64,000 nucleotides of DNA from Euprymna scolopes (GCA_053919585.1 CM132796.1); one strand, 5' to 3'; shown: positions 39,273-53,397, counted from the first letter of the stretch. The notes: a model not told the origin generated them from the sequence alone. Program-made: numbers and translations.

Positions 39273-42200
39273 TTATTATGGAGAGTAGATAATACAATGG
39301 ATGTGTTATCGGCAGCTCCAGTAACTCTCGCTTCTCCTTTTTTGTCCCTCAGTCCTAACGCAAATGAGTGATTTTTCTGACAAATGGTGAAGAAAAAGCT
39401 GCTTTAAAGGTCGGTAGTACTTGGTGAACAGTAGTTTGTAGATGTCGGAAATTTTTCTATCTCTAGATCTATCCTTGTGGCCATGTCACTAGTAAGGGTG
39501 CTGGAGGTAAACGTTTCGTCTGGACTGACGTTATCCGCCTGATAGTCAGGGACCCGAACCTTGGATTAACCACTAAGGAGGCTGTCCTATCAGCAGGCGC
39601 AAAGTACTGGGACTGCTGTATTGCCATTTGGTGAATGGACTCTAGACCATGCAGTAGTCTCTGATCGGACCTCTCGATGCCATACTTGTGGGTAATTGTT
39701 ACGGCTTTACCTTTTCATGTGATACAAAAAAAATAATTTCCTGTCTTCTCTCTTACTTTCCCTCTCTGTACTGCTCTAACCAAGTATGCCGGCCTGTTCC
39801 ACAAATCCCAAAACCTCAACATGAAACATCTCCAGAAAAAAAAAACTCGAATAAACCTAGAACCCCATCTTTCAACGTAGACCCCTACTACCATGTCTGC
39901 TTCTCCAACATCAGGGGTCTACGTTCCAACCTTCCAGAGGTTGAAACCCAATTACAGGAGACGACACCGGACATATTCTCTCTAAGCGAAACTGGAATAG
40001 GGCCGACCACTTCCCTAGATGAGTTCATAATTAACGGATACTCTAACTTAACATCTAAATCTGACCCCCAAGATCGCCATGGGCATGGAATATGTGCCTA
40101 CATTAAACATGGCTTCTCATGTGGCAGGGATTTCTCTGGAGAAGATCCTATATTTACCTTATATGTGCTTCCGGGTTGCACTTGCTTACACCACTGCATT
40201 TATATTTGCCCTCTATCAGCCCCACAACAGCGGAGTTACTATCTTTAAGAGCATATCTGAGAAAATAGACCACATCCTGTTTGTACATCCCTCGGATAAC
40301 ATCCACATCTGCGGTGACTTCAACGTCCATAACGCGGAATTGCTGACCCACTCAAATAAGACGGACGATGAGGGGAGGTTCTGTCATTATTTTGCCATTG
40401 TTTATGACCTCACTCAGATTGTTCGCGAACCCACCCGTGTGCCCGATACTACCGGTCAATATGCAAGCCTCCTAGACCTTTTTCTCTCAACTTCCCCTGA
40501 GCTATGTTCATGTTCCGTTCTTTCTCCTCTAGGATCCTCCGACCACTCCGTCGTATCAGTTAAGATAAAAATGAAATGTAATAAGTCCCCAGAAGTACTC
40601 CTCCACCGTACTGTATACCGATACTCCATGTCTAACTAGGATAGCTTCCGTACATTTATATCTGGTCTACCTCTGCATTCCATGTTTAAAACGGATGTGT
40701 CCTTTATAGTATCAGACCTGACCGAATGGTTAATTGTAGGCATAGACCGATTCATACCATCTAAAACATTCCAACAAAAACCTATCAGCCAGCCATGGTC
40801 CTCCCCAGAATGTGCTCCTGCCATCGCGCACAGGAATCACTTTTTCCATAGCTACCAACGTAATAGATGCACTGAGACTAAAGCTGCTTTCAGGAACGCC
40901 AGCAACCACTGTAAAAGAGTAATAAAAAAATGCAAGAGAGCTATATGCCCAGTCTGTTAAATCCAAGGTAGCTGATCAGCGGCTTGGTTCCCACCAGTTT
41001 TGGCAAATAACAAATAGGATCCTGAACAGAAGTGTGCGTTCTATCCCAACCATTATCAATGGACCAGAGGTCATCTCGTCAGCGTCAGACAAGGCCAAAC
41101 TATTTGCAAAGAACTTTGCAGCTAATTCTACCCTATGCGACAAAGGCCATCAACTCCCCATATTTCCTCCTATAACAGACAACACTCTAGGTAACATACA
41201 AATATCTGTGCATGAGGCCGCCAAGCTAATCAATAACCTTGATTCCATTAAAGCTACTGGCCCTGACGGCATCCCAATTATAGTGTTAAAAAAGCTTCAA
41301 CTAGAACTTGCTCCCATACTTACGAAACTGTTTAAACGTTGCCTTAAGGAGAAGTGCTTTCCAACACTCTGGAAAACCTCATCAGTATGCCCTGTATTTA
41401 AGAACTCAGGTGATAAGTCATCTCCCTCACAGTACAGACCAATAAGTCTCCTGTGTGTTATGAGTAAGTGTCTGGAATCCATATTAAATAGAGAAATAGT
41501 CAACCACCTCAGCAAAAATAACTTTCTTAGTGACATGCAATATGGTTTCCGTTCTGCAAGATCTACCACAGATGTGCTAACGGTTATATCTCATAGGATT
41601 AGTGAATCTCTTAATAAAGGCTTCCTTTCCAGGGCAATTGCTCTTGACATATCAAAGGCCTTCGACAAGGTATGGCATAAAGGCCTACTTCACAAGATCT
41701 CCAGCTACGGTATGGCTGGAAATATTCTCTCTATCATTAAATCATTTCTCTCTGATAGGCTCATAAGAGTAGTGGTTGATGGACACAAATCAGAGGCCTG
41801 CAGTATTAATGCTGGAGTCCCTCAAGGGTCCATCCTGGGCCCAACTCTCTTCCTGATCTACATCAATGACCTCCCTAAACACATACTTAAATCATTCGTT
41901 GACATCTATGTTGATGACACGACCATCTACGGTAACACATCAAAGGCTGTAAATGACAAAGCTCTCTCTGATTCTCTCTCTTCTGATCTCGAACGAGTGG
42001 TTCAGTGGGGGAAGACGTGGCTGGTTACCTTTCATGCATCTAAAACCAAACTCCTATCTTTACATCATCATCTCTCTGATTCCATCTGGCATCAATTGAA
42101 ATGGATGCTCTCGTCTAGGAGAAGCCCCACGTTTTGACAAGCTTCTGGACTTGACCTTTACTCCTGATCTGAAATGGAACACGTACATCAAGTCTGTTGC

Positions 42201-42805
42201 CAAGGTCGCTGGAAAGATGGTGGGATCCTTCTACCGCTGCAGAAGATATCTCACTACTGATGCAATTCTCTATCTATATAAAAGCCAAGTACGTCCAAGG
42301 ATGGAATACTGCTGCCATATCTGGCAAGGAGCTGCTACAAACAGCCTATCCTTCCTTGACAGAGTACAAAATAGACTTTGTGGCTTAGTGGGGGATCCCA
42401 CAGAAGAGACGTTGCAAGGCTATGCTTGTTTTATCGTTATTTCCATGGCAGGTGCTCGTCTGAGCTCCAATCTCTGGTCCCCCCTCGTCAATCTTTTACG
42501 AAAAACACCCGTCTAGCTGAATCCACTGTCAAAAAGTTTCCCTACTCTTTATCTATGCCTAAATCAAAACGTAGATTCCATGAACAAAGCTTCTTTCTTA
42601 GAACTGCACGCCTGTGGAACTCTGTTCCGTCTGCCTGCTTCCTTCCTGACTACAACTTCAAGTCCAACGTAAACAAATTCCTGATGAACCACCCCCTTAA
42701 GCAGACACTTTATTAAATATCCACACTAACGTACTGTACTTACAATAACCCTTATCCCTGAGTGGCTTCCGGGCCTTGATAAGTGGTGACCACCTTGTAA
42801 AAAAA
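39273..42805 (+). mobile_element. Near-full-length CR1-clade LINE (family A): 5' UTR, APE endonuclease, RT and 3' UTR; inactivated
   Basis: APE motifs FSNIRGL, SLSET, GDFNVH, LDLF and SDH. RT motifs KATGPDGIP, YRPISLL, QYGFR, LDISKAFDKVWH, GVPQGSILGPTLF and YVDD. C-terminal HRRDVARLCLFYRY and an A-rich tail. Frameshifts or stops near 40150, 40637, 40930, 42070-42140 and 42395. Possible TSD ATAATGT at 39266 and 42805. Confidence 0.95.
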
Positions 42806-43059
42806 TAATGTATTTTTTAAATTTTTTTTTGAAACCAGAAGAGTATTTGCAATTGCAATTATTTTAGTTTTGCTCTCTTTGAATACAACTACTCTTCCGA
42901 TTTTCGAATTTTGTAATCATGCCCATATTCCTTTTATTTCCTTTTAAAGTTAATGAGTTCATTTTCTTCTGTTGAGTAAGGGCAGAATAAATTCAAAAAA
43001 TTGAAATAATAATTATAGGAATAATTCTGCACGACAAAACAAGTGTATATATTTTCAGT

Positions 43060-43715
43060 GTTTATTTCAACAGTGCTCAATACATTAGTAGACCTCAGTA
43101 GTATGTACTGGTCAGCAATACATCCACATACATAGCCCGTTCATTTTCCGCGGGAATGAAACATACACGTTTCTGTGTGGCTTACTTATCATTGATATAT
43201 TTTCATGTTAGATATTATTGTCGGTGATATTTACGTTGAGGGAGGCACCAGTGCAATAAGTTCATTGGAGCCAATTCGATGGAAATACTTTTAAAACAAG
43301 CGCAGGGATGCAACATTGCGGCAAGGGACTGGAGCTTGCTTGATAGTGTGGAACCTGTTAGAATAGAAGTTCTTTTTTTTGTGGTGGGATATTGTCTAAA
43401 AGGGAAAGACTAGTAGTTGGTGCACTCGCCCAGCTACCACAACAATACATACGTGTATAGGCGAATGATTATTTTGTGGGATACATGTAAGTGGGAAAAA
43501 TTTTCTAACACGGTAGAATGAGTTAATTTCCTTGCAGCAGACTTGGCAGTGCATTCTATGTATTTTTTTCAATTCATGTTACCTGTTAATATTAGGCTAA
43601 GTTTTAATTACGACCTCTCTGTTAAGGTACAATTAGACATAGTGGTTTAAAAGGAAGAGACTGTCTTTAGTAGCATTAAATGTTACCATCCGTTTCTGTC
43701 CCGTGAATATGGTAA
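43060..43715 (-). mobile_element. Old, degenerate CR1 3' region
   Basis: Collinear with 45430-46100, for example aatactt..aaaaca..cagggatgcaacatt and aattttcta.cacg.taga...cttgcagcag. Confidence 0.7.
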
Positions 43716-43929
43716 GTAAGATGCACAGTAGCGTATATATTTCATTTCATAAAGAAAATCGTCATAGTAGCTATGGGGATTCACATTCTATAATTTCTGT
43801 TATAAGTAAATTCTTAAGTTTTCTCTGAGGCTTGTTAAACGGTGATTCGTTATCATATAAAATAAAATAAAATGGTGTTTACATTAACGTCCCAAAAGTT
43901 ATTTTATTGCTTATATTCACTTCATTTTC

Positions 43930-45155
43930 TCCATATTCATTCGCATGAAGCAATAAATCCTCGCGATTTACAATTGGTTGGACAAACTTTATTTATAAAT
44001 AAGCCAAACTATGACTCAATATATTCAGCTGTGCTAAATCCAATGTGCACAATCCCATGATTTCTTTTCCTTATATATTCTAGATTTTACCAAAGACTTT
44101 AATAACTTTTTATTTTGAAGTAAGTTATGTATTTTTTTTTTATCTTAGAGTAAATATCTGAGCCTCTAATTTATTCTATGTGTACAGTTTGTGGTTATTT
44201 CACTTTTATACTTAGTAATTATTTTCACATTTTCAAACTTTAAGATGTCTACTTTCTCGATCAGAATTAATCACTTAAAAATTTACATCCGACCGCTGTC
44301 TTTAAATTCTCCGGTAGTTTGGTAGTTTAATAATATGCTATATCTATTTTATTCTAATTAGATATACTTTTATTTTATTGTTATCATTTTATTAGATATA
44401 TGACTACATTATTAGATTCTATGACTACAAAAATCGTTTTTTTGTATCGAATGAGATTTCCCTGTTTTGTTATTATGATATTTAGTAGTTTATATTGTAG
44501 TTATATAGATTATGCGTTTCTTAAAAAATTATTTTGTTCGATTTAACGCTTATTGTAGCATTAAGCACCCTTTTAAGATTCTAGTACCCTTTGCATTGTT
44601 GCGATGAAAGTCTGATTTATGCTTCTCGTCCCTCCTTAACACTTCCATTCTCTTTGACTTTTCATAGTGACTTTATGTATTACCAACTGAGGCTGATGCG
44701 TGGTTATCTGTTTTGAAGGAAATGTCTAATACAATAGAATTTTTGGTAACTTTTTTCGCTTGAGTTCATATAATAATCTTTCTATAGATTTGGTTCTATT
44801 TTTATTTTTACTTGCCTGCAATTCGCTAATGTTCAGGTGTTATGCGGGTTGGTTTCCTCAGTAGATGATTTCCCATAATATTTTAGCCGTTTTCATCGAT
44901 GCCTTGCATTGTATAGTGTAAAACGAATAAGTATTGACTCTAGCTGTAATAGGTTAGCTGTACTAACTTAGTGAGTACAATCCCATTTCTTTTTCTTATA
45001 TATAATTGGCTTATAATCTAAATTTTACCAAATTGTTTAATAGCTTTTTATTCTGAAGTGAGTTATGTATTTTTTATCTTATAGTGAATATCTGGGACTA
45101 TAATTTATTCTATGTCTACAGTTTGTTGTTATTTCGCTTTTATAGTTAGTAATGA
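43930..45155 (+). repeat. ~180 bp diverged direct repeat (44049-44220 / 44977-45153); possible Penelope pLTR remnant
   Basis: The duplication is seen directly. The upstream frame DLQLVGQTLFINKP...AVLN only weakly recalls the C-terminus of Penelope GIY-YIG proteins. Confidence 0.45.
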
Positions 45156-45328
45156 TCTATTTGTAAGCCTTGTTTTATTTCGATTCACCCCTTACGAGCA
45201 AATACATGAGAATTAAATTGAAAGGTTCTTAGTTTTTAAGTCAGTTTATTTATTTATAACAATCGATTGCTTTATTATTATTTTACTAATAATTCAGTTG
45301 CTTTTTATTTATAATATGTTTAAAAAAA

Positions 45329-47300
45329 TTTTTTATTACATTTTCACCCCAAACAAGGCATATTGCCACTTTGATGTAAGGGGCTACTATCAGGGACCTA
45401 CGTTCCAGGGGTACTATGTAGGGAGTTTAGCAGCAAAATATCTGTTCACATTACAATTGAACTTGTGCATGTCAGTACAGTTGGGGAAGCAGAAAACCGG
45501 AAGAGAATTCCAAAATCCTGCAGTTCTGGAGAAGAAGCTATTAGAGTAAAAAGCTTTCTTACATCTAGGGATCTCAACTGTGTAAGGGGTGGACTTTGCT
45601 ACTTGTCGGGTTTGTCGGGGGTATTTTCGTCGAGGGGGTACAATGGCTTGTAGTTCCGCAGAGCATCCACCATTAAAATACTTGTAAAACAGGCAGAGGG
45701 ATGCAACATTTCGTCGGTGGGACAGGGGCCGAAGTTTAGATGACAATTCAGGACCTATTAGGTTTGCGACTCTCTTTTGGACCCTGTTGAGGAGTGAGAG
45801 ACTAGTAGCAAATGCACCAGCCCAAATGTGACAGACGTACTCCATATATGGCGAATGGTGGCTTTGTAGAGGTACAGGATACTTTCAGGTATAAGTAACT
45901 TTCTAGCACGATAGAAAGAGTCCACCTTCTTTGCAGCAGCCGTAGTAATGGTCTCAATGTATCTATTCCAATTCATATTTCCTGTGAACGTTAAGCCAAG
46001 GAGCTTGAACGAAGTGCTCCCAGGTAAAATATCTCTAGCCATAGCTATTGGTGGTTGGTAAAGTTTCATGTAATTATAAAAGGAAACTTACCATCCATTT
46101 ATGACCCCATTCCACTACAGACTGAAGATCGTCCTCTAGGGTTTCGGTCATTACCTTATATATGTTCTCATTAGTTTTCCCCACGTGCTTGCCGTAGAGC
46201 GTGGTGTCGTCGGCAAATATACCCATCTCAGAGACAATTTTATCAAGTAAGTCATTTATGAATATCAGAAATAATAAAGGTCCAAAGATCGATCCCTGGG
46301 GTATACCCGCATTTATATAAAATTTGTTGGACGTACGCCCATCGATATTCTTCTCTCATTTAAGAAGGATCTAATTATGCTAAGCATTCTTTCAGTAATA
46401 ACATAGGATTTTATTTTCATGAGAAGACCATCGTGCCATACCCTGTCAAAAGCCTTAGATATATCTAGGGCTATTGCTCTCCCCCTCCACCTGCCTTATC
46501 CAGTGCTTGGTATAAACGTTCAGAGATTACAGTTACAATATCTGCAGTAGAACGGGTTTACCTAAATCCATATTGGTGGTCTGACAGAAGTTTAGAAGCT
46601 GTAAGGTGGTGGACTAGAGCTTGATTAATTAAGGACTCAAATATTTTGGCGAAAAGAGGGAGGAGGCTAATTGGCCGATAATTTAATGGGTCAGTTCTTT
46701 CGCCAGAGTTTTTGTAAACTGGTACCACAATAGCAGTTTTCCAGCAGCCAGGAAAGCAAGATTCGTTAAGGCATTTGTTAAAGAGTTTAGAGAGAACAGG
46801 AGGGAGCATGTTTTTAATAGCACAGCCGGGATGAAGTCAGGTTCACATGCTTTTGAGGTGTGTAGGTTTTTATAATATCATGTACTTGAGAAGGCGTGAT
46901 CTTTAGATTATCTAGCGTGGTTTCTGTCTCCAGACGAAAATCAGGGAGGGAATGGCTTACTGGGTCCAAGGTAGAGTTGACGGGCAAGCATGTTAGCTTT
47001 CTCAGTTGCTGTGCAAACAACCTCATGATTGTTTGATAGTGGGGGTATTGTCGATTGCCCATTATTTACTACACTGTTGTAGATTTTCCAGAAATCACGA
47101 GTTCCAAATTTTTGCTCTTCAATGCGTTTTCTGGTGGTTTCAGAGTATTTACTCTTAGCTGTTGCTATTTCTTTCTTGCAATTATTTCTAGCTTCTATAT
47201 ACGTTTTTCTGTTTGTACTGTATGCATGTTGCCTCTGAGCAATAGCAGCTGCGTATGTAGAAGTAAACCATTGGGGAGAGTGGGTTTTACTATTATTGGT
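45329..47300 (-). mobile_element. 5'-truncated CR1-clade LINE (family B), degenerate RT and 3' UTR
   Basis: NYRPISLL, QYGFR, LDISKAFDRVWH, GIPQGSIFGP, FADDTT, MEYVCHIWAGA and LSHRRNVASLCLFYKY motifs spread over shifted frames. Confidence 0.95.
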
Positions 47301-48822
47301 GATGCGTGACTCCCATAGGGTGATCTGACACTTTCGTTCCCCTGTCCCGTCAATATCCGTGACGTCATGCGTCATGTCGACTGACGACTATTTTTTTCAC
47401 TTTTTATTTTTATTCTATTACCTCATACCTAACATTCAGGTAATCTCTTACTATCATTTTTCGTTGGGACTGATTTATTTATCAAATCTCGTGTCACTTC
47501 GATCCGTACTTAGTTTGACCCCTGTCATAATTAACACTAGTTGATGTAATCGCTATCCGAGATATGGTTATCTAGTATGTAACACTACCACAGCTTTTCA
47601 TCTCTTTCGCCCTTTATTGTAATCTGTTTTATCATGGTCAGTAGTGACAGGAAAAACGATCAGAAATACATGCGTTTGCACACACACGCACACACACGCA
47701 CACACACGCACACACACGCATGTGCGTCATTATTATTTACTGATGATTGTAATTCCTATTGGATGGAATAGTTTTATTCTCGTTTTTGTTTCTTTTTTTA
47801 GTTTCTTCACATTTATATGCTTATCTGTTGATTTCGGTCTTCGCTTTATTTCTTTAAATACAAAAACCATTTGTGAAAGAACAGATATGATAACAAAGCG
47901 GCCTCTTTACTCTGGAAACTAAGCGGTGCATATTATCTTTAAAACCAATGTTTGCGCTTACGGTAATGGAAACTTTCTGACGTGAGACCGTAACGTATTT
48001 TTTCATCAGTATGTTTATCTCAATTCCATGGTGGGAAGATGTGATACAAAATCGAGAAAGTGGGATTTCAAAAGCCACCAGCGCTGTAAAGTAATGACAC
48101 TCTGACCTGAAAAAATGCATGAACAGCCCGTCAGCATTCCTCGGTAGGGAGCCTCGAGTGATTAGCAATAAACTAACCATTTCTCAAAGGGTGAGATTGC
48201 AAAGCCTGCGTGGTTGCACCTCCTTGAACTACGCAGGACCATACGAACCATATTTCAACATACAGAGATAAGTCATGTCAACTGTAGCCTAGTCGGTGGT
48301 GGCTTTGGGACCGGGAAAGGTACCAATGCTACGTGTAGGCCGTCGGGTCAAATGTTCACTTGTTTTTTTTTCTCTCGGAAGGTTTTACACATTCATGAAG
48401 AAGGATTTTAACATAAGATCTGCTTAATAATACGCTAAGGTATTTTCATGTGCGTACGTATGTTATTACTTGGGCCATGACAACAGCATATTCTTTTTCT
48501 TGTTTTGATTTTCAGGTATATATCCATTGATATATTATGTGTTTTTAAGTAGAGTGATGTGATTCTCGATTGATTGTGTCCCTGTCGAATATATACTCGA
48601 GAGTCAAAACAATGAAAAGAATATGCTGTTGTCATAGCCCTTGTTATCACTTTTCATACATATTTAAATGCATACATAAAAACGAGATTGCCCGAAAATT
48701 ACCCATTTAATAAAACAACTATATTTGACCAAAATCAAATATGCTAAACGCGTCAGTTATTTGAGAACATATATTATGACATCCTTTATTATTACAAAGG
48801 AAATATTACCATTAACAATAAA

Positions 48823-49339
48823 CTAGCAGATATATCCGACGTTGCCCGGGATTGTATGAGGATCAACGAATTTTCCACACTTCCAATACTTTTATTATCA
48901 TCGAAAACGGCGAAAACGCTCAGTTTTCAATTAATTTGATTGATTGCCTGCTCTAGTTGGGGGTCCACCGCCGTACACTGAGAGAAAGATTCACATGCCT
49001 CCCTGCAGTGACTTGGCCCACAATGCATTTTAATCTACATTGCACTGTAGAGAACGGTTAATTTTGTAAACTTATTTTTATATAATTGATTTTTTTATGC
49101 CAGGTCCTTCTGCTTCTGCGGTAATAAAGTTTTTCAACTGCATTTGTGATGTTAATCTGTATAAGCGTATGAACTTTAGGCAAAAATCGGACTGTCCTTC
49201 TTTAACCAGATATTTTCGATTATTGATGCTTATCAGAGGCATTCCTATATAAAACCTATCTAAGAACACTCTCAGACCCATAAAGGACATTTGTGTGAAC
49301 TTTAAAATAAATCAACCTTGCTATTTCGGAGTCCAGAGG

Positions 49340-49391
<52 letters not shown>

Positions 49392-49446
49392 GAACACAAA
49401 CACACACACAGACAGGCACACAAAGTGGCTTTTATATATGAGTAGA
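48823..49446 (-). mobile_element. Non-autonomous Helitron
   Basis: Minus-strand 3' end cccgggcaacgtcgga...CTAG|T; TC-like 5' end followed by tatataaaag and a microsatellite. Confidence 0.7.
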
Positions 49447-49534
49447 CTATAAAGACAGAAATTAAACACAGAATTTTAACAGTCCCGTTAGTCTATATAA
49501 TAATAGACTACGGTTATCATGTTCTTTGTCATTT

Positions 49535-49725
49535 ATTACACCCTGAGCAAGGCAAATTCGATTACAGCATAAGAGACCATTGTGATAGATGCTCTTCTTA
49601 CAGACAGGAGAGATTGATGGAGAGTCGGACAGCAAGATGTTTGTTCACATTACATTTACATTTCTGCATGTTGGTACTGTCGGAAAAACAGTAAGCAGGG
49701 AGATTCCCAAAATACGCAGTCTGAG
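49535..49725 (-). mobile_element. CR1 3' fragment
   Basis: TAYFGNLPAYCFSDSTNMQKCKCNVNKHL matches the CR1 ORF C-terminus. Confidence 0.75.
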
Positions 49726-49800
49726 GACTGTGTTTTTTGTTTGTTTGTAAACGGCATATCAACCGTATTAGGTCATTTAATGCCATGAAATGTTCTTCTT

Positions 49801-50195
49801 TTTATTTACAAAAGAGGTAACACTTATCAAGGCTCGGAGTCACTCGAGGATAGGAGTTAATGAATGTACAGCAGTAAATGAGACAATGTCGTAGTAATCG
49901 TTAGTAGCGGAAATTTGGTAAATTAGATTACTTATCAAGAACTTGTTTGCGTTGGACTTGAAGATGACCATATTGTAGTCAGCTGGAAAGCAGAGAAACA
50001 GAAGAGAGCTCCACAGGTATGCAGTTCTAAGAAAGAAGCTTTGTTCATGGAATGTTCGTTTAGGTTTAAGCACAGATAAACAGTAGGGAAAGTTATTGAT
50101 AGTGGTTTCAGATAGACGAGTGTTTTTCGTGAAAGTTTGACGAGAGAGGACCATAGATTGGAGCTCAGACGAGCACGTGTCATGAAAATAATCAT
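49801..50195 (-). mobile_element. CR1 3' fragment (family A variant)
   Basis: YFHDTCSSELQSMV...HEQSFFLRTAYLW...FKSNANKFL plus the conserved ccttgataagtg tail. Confidence 0.9.
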
Positions 50196-50399
50196 AGATT
50201 CTTATGTGAATGAGATTTGTAGTAGTATTGGGTCGTATGCTTTTAACATATAGTGGTAGGGATATTTGGAAAACGGATGAAGATTTTTGCGTTTTCAAAT
50301 TTTCATGTAAAGTCATATAAGTTTCACAAAATCGAATATATTGTCTACATAAATTTTGGTAAACACATTTTTCATGTTGTCTATTTGGAAGTATGTTTT

Positions 50400-50585
50400 G
50401 TTTGTTGGAGATCTTTACAGGCAATGAGTCTGTGTTCAACGGTGACTGGTATACCTGTTGGGTGTTTCTCTTCCTTCAGGAAAGAAGCTATTAAAGTAGA
50501 ACATTTTCTGGTGTCTACGGGCTTATACAGTGTAGGGGTGGGATTTTGCTGCTGGTCGGGTGGGTATTTTCGTTGAGATGGCATA
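50400..50585 (-). mobile_element. Degenerate CR1 3' fragment
   Basis: Collinear with 45500-45640 and 63700-63820 (RKYP...QQNPTP...). Confidence 0.6.
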
Positions 50586-50943
50586 AGGGTAATAAAGAAG
50601 TAAAGCGACTTATTATTTTTAGTGATGCGAAAAGAATGTCTTAACAGATATTTTACAGTTTATTCGAATCGAACCAAATATAGCAAATAGTGGTTGGTTA
50701 CCCTATGAGTTACGGGTACGTATATTATATTCACTACATGGGCTCTATTTCGGTAACAACCAGTTGTTAATGACTGTGCGTCTAAGTGCATTAATTTCTT
50801 CATTCATTACATAACATTTAACTTCACTAAAATATTGGTAGTAACTGTTTTAATTAGAAATATTTCCTTTATCAAATGATTGTAGGTTGATAATTCGAAT
50901 TATTTGCATATTTCGGACTATTATTCTCATGTTGGTTATTATA

Positions 50944-50988
50944 TCTACGACGTTTCGGTCAATATAACGTCCTACCTTCTACAGGTGC
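50944..50988 (-). ncRNA. Degenerate Penelope-type minimal hammerhead motif
   Basis: CUGUAGA-A-GGU...ACC-GAAA-CG-UC, with one core substitution. Confidence 0.4.
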
Positions 50989-52659
50989 TGCTTGGCTGAC
51001 TCGGTAGTCATTATATTGAACATGGGAATCTGTACGGAATTTCAAACGGAGCCCTTTATTTAATCTATGAGGCTAGTTTGTTCTCGTTCAGGCAACCATA
51101 ACCGGGTCTTAAGTAATTTTGGTACTAAGAATACGATTACGAATTTTATTTTATTTTAATGGTCCCGGGTAACGCCAGGTAAAATTTACAAAATTAGATA
51201 AAGGATTCCGTTCAAAATGTTGTTCGGATTCCCTAGTTCAACATAAAGATCTCTAAGTTCAAAAACTTGCATCTGAGAAAGATCGAAGTTTATTAAAACG
51301 TTGTGCATATCAACAATGAAGGAGAGAATAGTTGGCTGAACAAGACAAATATTACAATTCAGAATTTATGTTCATCGTTTGGAATTGTTATATAACAACA
51401 TTTTGGAAATTACTTTTTGATTGCTCAGGCATTGATTTTGAGCATATTCAAAATGGCGGAATTGCAGATTTCAACATAGATCTATCATGGAATACGTGGT
51501 TGTTAATAAGTACAAACTATGTGAGGTTTATATAAGAGTCTGTAGATTTGAATAACTTGTATCAGTTACATAATTACGGACTATTTTCTTTTTTTTACAT
51601 TCGCATGTTCTCATTCACGGAGCGATTAATGTATGTGAGCATGTGTGTGTCTTTTTGTGCTTCGCAGCTAACAGTTCGGCTATCGGATCCAGGACTGCAT
51701 CAGCATCAGCGAGAAACACTTTGCAGTTTCGGCCTCCACTCTTCAATTGTTTTTCTGAAGTGGCGAGGTCACAAAAGGTGGTTATATAGCAAATGCTATC
51801 GAACCTAATTCCCTTCCTGGCCAACTCCCATGAATAGTAGAGTAATCTTCACCGTGTTTTGTATTTTGTAGATACCTGCCTCACTTCTTATGATCGCTAG
51901 TTCATTAATCCTTATCGTCGAATAACCATTAACTCTTATCTGCAAATGACCTTGGGAATTTGATAAGTGGTATTATCCTAGTAAAAAGGCAGATAGCGCG
52001 ATTGAGAAAAGTAAACTAGGAAACAAATTCAACTACTTAATTAAATAGACATTGAAATATATTAAAAACGAAATATATAAACGAATATGTCCAACGTCAA
52101 GAACATTTCAGGAATGTAACAACGACAATAGTTAACTAATAAAGTTTTTAGAAAACCAATATGCAAATATCAGGAAGTTTCATAGAATTTCCTAATAGCT
52201 TGGCAGACCGAGGGCAGGCTCAATGCATTTTCAGTGGCAATGAAGAGGCGCTCATGAAACCAATTTATGATGGTCCTCGGTGTGATGTATCATTAGTATG
52301 CGACGATTCTTTGGGGAAGAAAATTTGAATCAATGATAGTTAAGGTGGTAAACGACCACTTCCTTACTGGGAAGGGCTGCCACTTCAGAAAGGCCATTAC
52401 TGTGTGGAAACCGAAACTGTGAAGTGATTCTTTCATGATGACGGCAATAAATACAAATTTATCACACCAAACCATGCAAATGTATAAAGAGAAGCGTTAT
52501 TGTCTAGCGTACAAAGACCATTAACATAAATACAATGTGGATAACTCACACTTGATTGATTTCCGTTTTGCCATGTCTATGTAAAACAAACGTTCTTTTT
52601 ATTTGCCGTTCATTTTTCTGGGTGGTCAACAGACTTTCCGTATACTTATACTCTAAGTA

Positions 52660-52935
52660 GAAGTACAGCGGAAACAGGTCAAGGGTAGTTTGTGTCCTTT
52701 AAACAGTCCAGTTTGTATTCCAACTCATGGGAAAATTGCCTGAAAATTAATGTTCTTAGCGTACTGCAAGCCATGGAGAAGTAAGGATTGCTGAATCTGC
52801 ACGCATCGAGGAACACAAAAGGAAACGTGCTATTCGATAATCAGTACCTTTGCTGCAGAATCATCCCACAAGTGCTCTACATGTGGGAGATACTTTAGAG
52901 CTCGGATAGGACGAACGAGCTATCTGCATTATTGT
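52660..52935 (+). mobile_element. RTE-clade LINE C-terminal remnant
   Basis: HKCSTCGRYFRARIGRTSYLH resembles the terminal CxxCGR.F.ARIGL.SH zinc finger of RTE elements; a QRK-like block lies upstream. Confidence 0.7.
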
Positions 52936-52978
52936 ACTGAGAAGCACATTTTCGTGAATAAATTGTTTTTAAATCATT

Positions 52979-53397
52979 TTTTTTTACACAGTGGTCACCA
53001 CTTATCAAGGCCCGGAAGCCACTCAGGGATAAGGGTTATTGCAAGTACAGTACGTTAGTGTGGAGATTTAATGAAGTGTCTATTTAAGGGGGCGGTTCAT
53101 CAGGAATTTGTGTACGTTGGACTTGAAGACATCCAGGGTGTAGTCAAGTGGGAAGCAGGCGGACGGAACAGAGTTCCACAGGCGTGCAGTTCTAAGAAAG
53201 AAGCCTTGTTCATGGAATCTACGTTTTGATTTAGGCACAGATAAAGAGTGGGGAAAATTTTTGATAGTGGATTCAGCTAGACGGGTGTTTTTCGTAAAAG
53301 ATTGGCAAAAGGGGACCAGAGATTGGAGCTCAGACGAGCACCTGCCATGGAAATAACGATAAAACAAAGATAGGCTCGCAACGTCTCTTCTGTGGGA
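52979..53397 (-). mobile_element. CR1 family A 3' fragment
   Basis: High identity to 42397-42805 (FYRYFHGRCSSELQSLVP...RTARLWNSVP and the 3' UTR). Confidence 0.95.

Noticed and set aside
51615-51824. Protein-like ORF or exon on either strand
   Set aside because: No recognisable motif and no partner exons; the strand is ambiguous.
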